Part shown: one piece after another, positions 1 through 8,574 of the stretch
Numbering within the stretch: the stretch's first letter is position 1
Layout: each line of letters begins with the position of its first letter
Source of the DNA: Octopus sinensis
Taxonomy: Eukaryota
Reading direction: 5' to 3'
Length of the DNA stretch: 12,573 bases
Assembly (NCBI RefSeq): GCF_006345805.1
Contig: NW_021826539.1
Location: forward strand, 1-12,573
Translations under genes and position numbers: made by a program
Notes under the pieces: model-generated
What the model was told of the DNA's origin: nothing
The model's database searches: none
Seen by the model: the letters and a program-made list of their open reading frames with translations, nothing else

Positions 1-370
1 CCCACGGTCGGAAATTGTTGGACACTGCACGAGTGCGTGCAGAACGGTTTCGTCGCTCTGACCGCATCTCGGGCAGGTCGGCCCCGTGTTTCTCGAGTCG
101 TGTCTGTAGAGCTTATCCCGAACGGGTAGCGCTTCTCGGTAGCACTGCCAGGCCAGGGATCTCTGGAAGTTGTCCATGGGCCCTGGCCCGAAAGTCGTCC
201 TGAGCAGGCGGGTCAGGTACTCCTCGTCGACGTCCAGGTTCGCCCCGAGCTCGTCGTCGTACCTCCCCTCCACTAATCCCCTAATAGAATGCTTTGGTTG
301 TGTTGAAGTCACTCAAGGTCGACCCGGGACGGCAGAGTTGCTTGAGAGCAACGCGACACTCGCGGTGCCA
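1..370 (-). mobile_element. Degenerate L1/Tx1-clade non-LTR retrotransposon ORF2 C-terminal fragment (zf-RVT zinc knuckle), running off the window edge
   Basis: Minus-strand translation: WHRECRVALKQLCRPGSTLSDFNTTKAFY (370-284), a +1 frameshift near 284 (apparent extra T creating TAG), then GLVEGRYDDELGANLDVDEEYLTRLLRTTFGPGPMDNFQRSLAWQCYREALPVRDKLYRHDSRNTGPTCPRCGQSDETVLHALVQCPTISD (279-7). It has C-x2-C-x8-H-x4-C at 75-22, preceded by the W..y...LP...L motif typical of L1/Tx1 ORF2. About 60% GC (223/370) in an AT-rich background. Confidence 0.85.
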
Positions 371-608
<238 letters not shown>

Positions 609-879
609 GATACACTTATACATGCATACATATGTTTACATATATGTATACATATCTAAACACAAGACTGTGTATTTGCAACTGTTGTTAGAAATTAACT
701 TAAGTCAGTCGTCAGTGTGCTTCACATTCCATCACTTCCTGGATGATGGTAAAAGTGTTTCCTGTACAGTCGTAGATAATAAGAACTGTTGCATCGACCA
801 TATTTCAACCAATCACCTCCGTCCCAAAGTTGCCTTCGGGGCGCGATACAGTTCGTGAAAGGACGCTAAGTATTGACAG

Positions 880-892
880 ACAAATACACATA

Positions 893-925
<33 letters not shown>

Positions 926-962
926 ACTATATATATACATATATATATATATATATACATAC

Positions 963-1001
<39 letters not shown>

Positions 1002-1038
1002 CTATATATACATATATATATGTATGTATGTATATATT

Positions 1039-1069
<31 letters not shown>

Positions 1070-1150
1070 TATGCATTTATATATTTATATATATGTAGGT
1101 ATGTATGTAAGTATGTATGTTGTATGTGTGGTGTGGTGTGTGTATACATA
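880..1150. repeat. Compound (CATA)n/(TA)n/(TATG)n/(TG)n microsatellite
   Basis: Direct reading. Confidence 0.95.
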
Positions 1151-1284
1151 GAAAAGTATGAACACTTTCTACATAACTTTGGACGTTCATAATCAGATAA
1201 TGGAAGAAGATAAGTTAATTAAAGTTCCTACAGATCTGTGTATTTTTCTACTCGTGATTGCTCATATAAGATTGTATAGTGTAT

Positions 1285-1420
1285 AGCTATATAATATAAC
1301 ACATATATAAATATATATATTCATATATATATATATGTGTGTATGTATATATATATATGCATATGCATAAATATATACATATATGCATGTATATATACGT
1401 ATAGGTCAATATATATATAC

Positions 1421-1452
<32 letters not shown>

Positions 1453-1495
1453 ATACACATATACACATGCACACACATATATATATATATGTGCA
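1285..1495. repeat. Compound (TA)n/(TG)n/(CA)n microsatellite
   Basis: Direct reading. Confidence 0.95.
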
Positions 1496-1554
1496 AATGA
1501 ACATATTTACACACTACCAAACGCACTTGCAAAAAGCAATGTAATACTCGTATA

Positions 1555-1682
1555 TTTCTCTCTCCCTCTCTCTCCCTCTCACTCTTTCGATATATATATA
1601 TATATATATATATCTAGATATATATCATATATATATATTATATATATATATACATGCATTTTACTTATACTATGTACATATA

Positions 1683-1729
<47 letters not shown>

Positions 1730-1863
1730 TAATATAATATATATAATATAATAATACTATACATACATAAATACATACACCAATGTTTTGTCTCTTTCTC
1801 TCTCTCTATATATAATATATTATATATTATATATATATATGTATGTATATGTGTAATATATAG

Positions 1864-1917
<54 letters not shown>

Positions 1918-2085
1918 ATATATATTTTATTTATACATATAATAGTACATATATATATATATACATATATAATATATATATTATTTTTTATTAACAACTA
2001 TATGTGTATATATTCATATTATACATAAATCTCTCTCTCTCTCTGATTTTCTCTCCCTCTCTCCCTCTCTCTCTCTCTCATTCTC
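1555..2085. repeat. Interleaved (CT)n and (TA)n microsatellites
   Basis: (CT)n at about 1555-1588, 1790-1808 and 2030-2082, with (TA)n tracts between. Confidence 0.93.
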
Positions 2086-2404
2086 AGTATAATATACATA
2101 CATGAACACGCGCGCGCATATAAATAAAATATACGTATGCACGCAGCATATATATGTATGTATGTATGTACTTATACTTATCGACGCAGTGACGGACAGC
2201 TACTAATTGCATTTTGGAATAATATCCGAAAAACTGAGACGCGACGCCGTGTCTCCGGGAAATTTGGTTATGGTTAATTAGTTGCATTAGTGAACTTTAG
2301 TGTTAAAGTGAAGAATTCCAAGAAAACAACACAAAGAACAGCGGAAATATTTTTTTCTTTACATTAAAAAAAAAGTAACGATACCAACATATTGTGTCTA
2401 ACAC

Positions 2405-2591
2405 AACATATACACACGTATCTGCGCTCTGATACATGTGTGCGTGTGCACGTGTGTATGTGTGTGTGTGTAGAATAATGAATAGATGTGCATGTGTGTA
2501 CATATTATATATACATATATATATATATATAATATATACATACATATATATATATACATATATATATATTATATGCATATATACATATATA

Positions 2592-2640
<49 letters not shown>

Positions 2641-2715
2641 TATAATATATATATTATAGATAATATATATTACATATATATGTATATATATATAGTTATA
2701 TATATATATGTATAT
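2405..2715. repeat. (TG)n/(TA)n microsatellite region
   Basis: Direct reading. Confidence 0.93.
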
Positions 2716-2894
2716 AGATTGTTTATTATTCAACAAGTAAAAGGATAACTAAATATACGTCGTGGTTATTATTTATTTTGTAAATTATATAATCCTGTTA
2801 GGAGATTCTGCCACAGTAGTCTCGACATACAGACTCAGTTAAACGATCGACACCTCTTCAGACTGCGTGAAAATAAACATGCCCACACCATCTT

Positions 2895-2954
2895 ACACAG
2901 ACACACACACACACACACACCACACACACACACACACTCACATATATGTATATA
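2895..2954. repeat. (CA)n/(TA)n microsatellite flanking the foldback element
   Basis: Direct reading. Confidence 0.9.
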
Positions 2955-3019
2955 TTAACAGAATGAGATAAAAAAAATCCAAAGCTTTGAATAGTTTTCA
3001 GAACATTTATAAAGAGAAT

Positions 3020-3067
3020 GTCTTACAGCTGTTTCCGGGATATTTTATATACCCCTTCATCAGAGAC
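3020..3067 (-). ncRNA. Minimal type-I hammerhead ribozyme (left arm)
   Basis: Minus strand: GUCU [CUGAUGA] A GGGGUAU-AUAAA-AUAUCCC G [GAA] AC-AGCU-GU A AGAC. Stem I is GUCU/AGAC, stem II is 7 bp (one G.U), stem III is the palindrome ACAGCUGU, and the triplet is GUA with predicted cleavage between 3024 and 3023. An extra A and G sit between core and stem II (non-canonical). Activity untested. Confidence 0.8.
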
Positions 3068-3263
3068 GGTGCGAGAAAACGTTAAGTAACAGTTATTATA
3101 GAGAAGATATGAAATACAGAATGAAGTGGCGGGATAAAAACACTTAAGATACAGATCTGAAGATACAATATCCTTATGTATCTCACGTCTGTTTTCATTC
3201 CTCCACTTCACTCAGTATTTCTATTTTCTCTATTATAACTATTACTTAACGTTTTCTTGCACC

Positions 3264-3311
3264 GTCTCTGATGAATGGATGTATAAAATATCCTGGAAAC
3301 AGCTGTAGGGC
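3264..3311 (+). ncRNA. Minimal type-I hammerhead ribozyme (right arm)
   Basis: Plus strand: GUCU [CUGAUGA] AU GGAUGU-AUAAA-AUAUCC UG [GAA] AC-AGCU-GU A GGGC. Stem I is GUCU/GGGC (two G.U), stem II is 6 bp, the ACAGCUGU palindrome is the same, and GUA cleavage is predicted after 3307. Activity untested. Confidence 0.72.
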
Positions 3312-3526
3312 CTTCTCTTTCTAAATGTTCTGAAATTTTCACTGCCTTGGATATTTTATCTCATTCTATTAATTTATATATATATGCATGCTAATACACG
3401 ACCCCCGATGGACTCCTCATTAATATCATTATCGAACCTGGAGCTTAATATAGTCTGTCCATAGCACTTACTCACCATTACATGATAAGTTTGGGTCTTC
3501 TTGACACCAATACCTCTCATTCTCAA

Positions 3527-3557
<31 letters not shown>

Positions 3558-3561
3558 TACA

Positions 3562-3983
3562 TATTCTTTTATTTCTTTGCTTGTTTCGGTCATTTGACTG
3601 CGGCCATGCTGGAGCACCGCCTTTAGTTGAACGAATCGACCCCAGGACTTATTTTTTGTAAGCCTAGTACTTATTCTATCGCTCTCTTTGGTCGAACCGC
3701 TAGGTTACGTGGAACTAAACACACTAGCATCCCGTCGTCAAGCGATGTTGGGAGGACAAACACACTAAAACACACACATGCAAATATGTATATATATATA
3801 CGTGTGTGTGTATATATAATATATACGACGGACTTCTTTCAGTTACCGGCTACCAAATCCACTCAAAAGTCGTTGGTCGGCCCGAGGTTATAATAGAAAA
3901 CACTTGCCCAAGGTGTCACGCAGTACGACTGAACCCGGAACCATGTGATTGGTTAGCAAGCTACTTAGCACACAGACACTCCT
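3562..3983 (-). mobile_element. tRNA-derived SINE family A, diverged copy
   Basis: Reverse complement aligns along its length with the copy at 5824-6306: head, GGTTCAGTC B box, central (TA)/(TG) tract, and AAGGCGGTGCTCCAGCATGGCCGCAGTCAAATGAC tail with an AAAGAA-type end. Confidence 0.9.
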
Positions 3984-4094
3984 ATTTTCCTATTTTACTT
4001 CGTTCCATTCCCCCAATACACTAATATCATAGATTGAGGACTTTACAACTCCTTAACTTCTACCTCTCTGATGACGAAATACTCAGCCTATCGC

Positions 4095-4198
<104 letters not shown>

Positions 4199-4505
4199 CT
4201 TATTTATTTGTTTATTTAGATTGAAATAATCACACAGTTAGTCGTACAGTGTCTTCAAAAATTCAATTTTTGGCGTTGGTTATTGCCGTCGGAGATTATA
4301 AACAGTAAAAAATTTTATAGAAAATTGAAATCTTCAAAAGTCTGGCCATAGAAAAAGTTATGGGAAAAGGCCGCTGAGCTGCTCTTTGTCTGCTAAAAGT
4401 TGAAAATATCAAAGAATATGTTATTTATAAAGTGTAGTGTAATCAGCGAGGTAGCAATTAAGGTGGATGGGAAAAGGATGGATTTTGTTGTAAATAGATG
4501 AACAA

Positions 4506-4934
4506 ACGCAGGCTGTGTAGTAAAATGTCTGCTTCTCAACCACATGGTTCTCGGTTCAGTCCCGCTGTGTGGCATCTTGGGCAAATGTCTTCTACTATAT
4601 ATTTCTTTACTACCCACAAGGGGCTAAACATAGAGGGGACAAACAAGGACAAACAAACGGATTAAGTCGATTACATCGACCCCAGTGCGTAACTGGTACT
4701 TGATTTATCGACCCCGAAAGGATGAAAGGCAAAGTCGACCTCGGCGGAATTTGAACTTAGAACGTAACGGCAGACGAAATACTGTTGAGCATTTCGCCCG
4801 GCGTGCTAACGTTTCTGCCAGCTCGCCGCCTTAATGTCTTCTACTATAATGTCTTCTACTATAGCCTCGGGCCGACCAAAGTCTTGTGAGTGGATTTGAT
4901 AGACGGAAACTGAAAGAAGCCCGTCGTATATATT

Positions 4935-4969
<35 letters not shown>

Positions 4970-5180
4970 GCGTATACGTGCGCGCGCATGCGTGTGTCTA
5001 TGTTTGTCTCCACCAATGCTTGACTACCGGTGCTGGTGCACATACGTCCCCATAACTTAGCGGTTCGGTGAAAAATATCGATGGAATAAGTACCAGGCGT
5101 CGATTCATTCGACTCAAAATTCCTCAAGGCGGTGCCCCAACATGGCCGCAGTCTGATGACTGAAACAAGAAAATGATAAA
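4506..5180 (+). mobile_element. SINE family A copy interrupted by a nested family B SINE
   Basis: Head at 4506-4599 (GGTTCAGTCCC B box at 4553-4563). It resumes at about 4848 with the family A body, central microsatellite and GGCGGTGCCCCAACATGGCCGCAGTC...TGACTGAAACAAG tail. Confidence 0.9.
4600..4830 (-). mobile_element. tRNA-derived SINE family B, apparently full length, inserted antisense into family A
   Basis: Minus strand: GGCGGCGAGCTGGCAGAAACGTTAG (A-box-like), AAGTTCAAATTCC (B-box-like, 4758-4746), body GCCTTTCATCCTTTCGGGGTCGATAAATCAAGTACCAG, tail AGCCCCTTGTGGGTAGTAAAGAAATA. Flanked by the duplication AATGTCTTCTACTATA (4584-4599 and 4833-4863). Confidence 0.9.
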
Positions 5181-5823
5181 ACTTAAACGATATTGATCCA
5201 AACGGGCAAGGAATCATAAATGGTTGAAAATATCGAAGAGCGTATTATTCTAAACGACGGACTGTGTAGTATCTGTTCCTATGAATAACGATGTATTGAT
5301 CCATTTAGCCGGATATTTGTATCATCTTCTTGTGCCTCAGACTGTATTTATCGAAGTGGCGATATTTAATAAAGATTTTCTGATCTAATGTTTACATATT
5401 TTGCGTATTATTAAAAGCTTTAACTTAACAGTTGTTATCCTATTTCTGTATAGCAAGCGTTTCTCGATGATCTTTCATTTCATGGTAAAACTAGGAGCAT
5501 ATTATATCCAACTTTTATACACAGTTGTATAGTTTTGTATAGCATATCTTTTAGAATACGGATATTTCATTTCTTAACATTCTTAATATCAGATTTTAGT
5601 GTGTTTTAGAAGATATTGTTGTCCATACGGGAATTTATGTCGAAAACCATATCTAAAAGGTTGGGCGGAAATGATTATAGATCATTCACCTCTCTTATAT
5701 ACGTAAAAGTCTAATACTGTTAATGGAATTTCGCCTTAATTTTAACAAGTTTCGTAATCAGTTACCAGTTCATACAAATTATTTAATAGAAATAACCTTA
5801 AGCTAAGTGGCTAATTTAACATA

Positions 5824-5987
5824 GGCGCAGGAATGGCTGTGTGGTAAGTAGCTTGTTAACCAACCATATGGTTCCGGGTTCAGTCCCACTGCGTGGCATC
5901 TTGGGCAAGTGTCTTCTGCTATAGCCCCGGGCGACCAATGCCTTGTGAGTGGATTTGGTAGACGGAAACTGAAAGAAGCCTGTCGTA

Positions 5988-6065
<78 letters not shown>

Positions 6066-6306
6066 TGTGTGTGTATGTGTGTGTTTGTGTCTGTGTTTGT
6101 TCCCCTAGCATTGCTTGACAACCGATGCTGTGTTGTTTAAGTCCCCGTCACTTAGCGGTTCGGCAAAAAGAGACCGATAGAATAAGTACTGGGCTTACAA
6201 AAAAGAATAAGTCCCGGGGTCGAGTTGCTCGACTAAAGGCGGTGCTCCAGCATGGCCGCAGTCAAATGACTGAAACAAGTAAAAGAGTAAAAGAGTAAAA
6301 GAGAGT
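5824..6306 (+). mobile_element. SINE family A, full-length copy
   Basis: Pol III A box TGGCTGTGTGG (5834-5844), B box GGTTCAGTCCC (5877-5887), central (TA)n(TG)n at about 5986-6090, 3' tail (GTAAAAGA)x3 at 6279-6302. Resembles octopus tRNA-derived SINEs; I cannot assign a published family name. Confidence 0.92.
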
Positions 6307-6954
6307 ATTATACTTCCAATCTGAAAAACACGTAATGGCATGTAAAGCAACTAAACTAAGCAAGACCGAAAGGATAACGAGAAATGCAAAAGCATGCCGT
6401 CTTAAGGAGTAGTGACTAGACAAAAGCAGAATTCTTCACAGAACATAAATGTTATATCAAATTTACGACGAATATTTGTCTCTTATAGAAATCTACAATA
6501 TAGGATTTATTCAATTACAATTTACCTAGCATTTTTAAGAGTAGAATGCATCGGGTCGTGCCAGGTACAGTTTTTCAAATTTCAACCCCAATTAAGCAAA
6601 ATTTCGCGTAAACTCACATTGTGGTGTGTAAGTCAAGTGCTTTTCTTAGTGTGGGCTACAGCACACACGACGAATATTTGTTATATCATATTTACGACGA
6701 ATATTTCAAAGTACTTCCATTCGGTCATGGCATACAAAATTTCTTTCAATTTACGACGAATGTTTGTATGGTGGAAGGCACGTTTCAACAACCCTATTTC
6801 GATCATACTTTTGTCCTTCAGAAATACAGAAGAGAGTGATAAAACGAAATTATCCAATATGTCTGCAATTTGAAACAACATGCTGATGAATTCACCATTA
6901 ACTTTAAATATATACGAAAGATGCAGAACGCACGGAAATGGAACACAATATGCT

Positions 6955-7394
6955 CTTTTACTTTTATCTCTTTTACTTGTTTCAGTCATTTGACTGCGGC
7001 CATGCTGGAGCACCGCCTTTAATCGAGCAACTCGACCCCGGTACATATTCTTTTGTAAGCCCAGTACTTATTCTATCGGTCTCTTTTGCCGAACCGCTAA
7101 GTAACGGGGACATAAGCACACCAGCATCGGTTGTCAAGTAATGCTAGGGAGACAAATACAGACACACAAACACACACACGCACATATATATATATTATAT
7201 AATATATATATATATATATATAATTATATATAATATATTATATATATATATATGACAACGGCTTCTTTCAGTTTCCGTCTACCAAATCCACTCACAAGGC
7301 TTTGGTCGGCCCGAGAAGGTGCCACGCAGTGGGACTGAACCCGGAACCATGTGGTTGGTAAACAAGCTACTTACCACACAGCCACTCCTGCGCC
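6955..7394 (-). mobile_element. SINE family A, full-length copy with a 23-bp internal deletion
   Basis: Head matches 5824-5902 at 75/79. Candidate 6-bp TSD TATGCT at 6949-6954 and 7395-7400. Deletion junction at 7315/7316. Confidence 0.92.
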
Positions 7395-7867
7395 TATGCT
7401 GTTTATGCATAACTGAAAATTGCCACGTTTTCAAAAGCCTCAACGAGCAATCATATTTTCCCTATTTCCGTCTTCAATTGATCCACAAATATACAATCCT
7501 GATCTCATAATCTTTGCAATCTCAAATACTTTAATATTTTTCGTTCTTTAACTTCAAAGCTGATTTCCATTTTGAAGTTTCTCTTATACTGGTTTTTTCT
7601 CCTCCATTTGTCATATTTTTAAATAACTTAACTTTCTAAAATGTATTTCTCACTTGATAACCAGCGAGGTAGCGAATTTAATCCCGTTAATATTTATTCC
7701 ACAAGTTATAAACCCTATAATGCAATGCCGAAAGAAAGTATCCATATATTTTACGAGCTGCCGGAAGTTGCTTTTTTAAACTTTTCCTTGGTATAAGCTT
7801 AGCATAAAACTGAATGATATATTATCGCTAACAGACTATATCATTATACACATATACTACATCCATC

Positions 7868-7906
7868 CATATATATATAATAGATATTATATATATTTAT
7901 TGTATA

Positions 7907-7991
<85 letters not shown>

Positions 7992-8000
7992 TTATATATA
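7868..8000. repeat. (TA)n microsatellite
   Basis: Direct reading. Confidence 0.95.
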
Positions 8001-8091
8001 ACCAAATATACCTATATAAATTTATATCTATATTTCCCTTGATACAAATATGTGTGGTGTGTGTGTATATTTGAGTTTATGATAATCTATA

Positions 8092-8164
<73 letters not shown>

Positions 8165-8185
8165 CAGACAGACAAACAGACAGAC

Positions 8186-8217
<32 letters not shown>

Positions 8218-8247
8218 GACTGACTGACAGATAGACAGATAGATGAC
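8092..8247 (+). repeat. (GATA)n grading into (GACA)n microsatellite
   Basis: Direct reading. Confidence 0.97.
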
Positions 8248-8574
8248 ATAAAAGTTTGACGTTTGATGTGATGATAGTAAAACAACATTTAAAGAAAAAC
8301 CAAATGAGTCGAACAATGAATACGTACAGTTATAAAAAATAAAAATCGGAAAACGAGGGGGAAAAAATTAACAAACAGTCAGAAGAGAAACGGTAAATAA
8401 AAGAATATAAGAAACCAATTGTCTGAGACAGGAAATTCTATGAATGCAGCATTTTTATTTTTCTAATTAGAATGTCTTGAAAGAGTTCGGTCAGTTAGTT
8501 GTCCAACAGAAAAATTTTCCGATATTTTTACGAAACGAAATCTAATTAGATGATATTCTGATATCGATATAGTT

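Larger units (their letters stand above)
2955..3372. mobile_element. 418-bp imperfect inverted repeat (arms 2955-3152 and 3178-3372, 25-bp spacer); probably a head-to-head pair of PLE pLTR fragments
   Basis: The reverse complement of 2996-3105 matches 3226-3335 at 99/110 by manual alignment. Homology extends more loosely out to TTAA at 2955-2958 and 3369-3372. Each arm contains a hammerhead motif. The inverted repeat is directly seen; the PLE origin is inferred from the ribozyme type. Confidence 0.8.

Noticed and set aside
660-870. Moderately GC-rich island with a possible minus-strand exon (865-817, TTAG acceptor, GTGATT donor)
   Set aside because: Weak splice signals and no recognisable peptide in any frame.
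2790-2880. Strong-looking minus-strand acceptor TTTATTTTCACGCAG (AG at 2864-2863)
   Set aside because: All three frames stop within 30 nt and no convincing donor follows.
2955-3372. Reading the foldback as a piggyBac/Kolobok MITE because both ends show TTAA
   Set aside because: The bases inside TTAA (CAG/TAG) do not fit piggyBac CCY termini, TTAA is common next to TA repeats, and hammerheads in both arms fit a PLE origin better. Not fully excluded.
2955-3372. Calling it an integrated viroid or a retrozyme
   Set aside because: There is only one ribozyme per strand, so no unit-length monomer can be excised. The arms are homologous duplicates, not independent plus/minus ribozymes. The resemblance is architectural only.
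4068-4080. CTGATGACGAAAT, hammerhead-core-like
   Set aside because: No stem II and no plausible stem I or III. CTGATGA at 5153 (a SINE tail variant) and 6883 (no stems) were rejected for the same reason.
5824-5900. tRNA gene call for the A/B-box regions
   Set aside because: No cloverleaf with an acceptor stem is evident, and the boxes continue into SINE bodies in every copy.
6412-7046. ORFs 6412-6873 (plus, 153 aa) and 6681-7046 (minus, ending in the ion-channel-like WKYFEIFVVNMI)
   Set aside because: No recognisable domain. The minus ORF begins inside a SINE and stops immediately after the look-alike segment, which is produced by the repeated ACGACGAATATTT motif.
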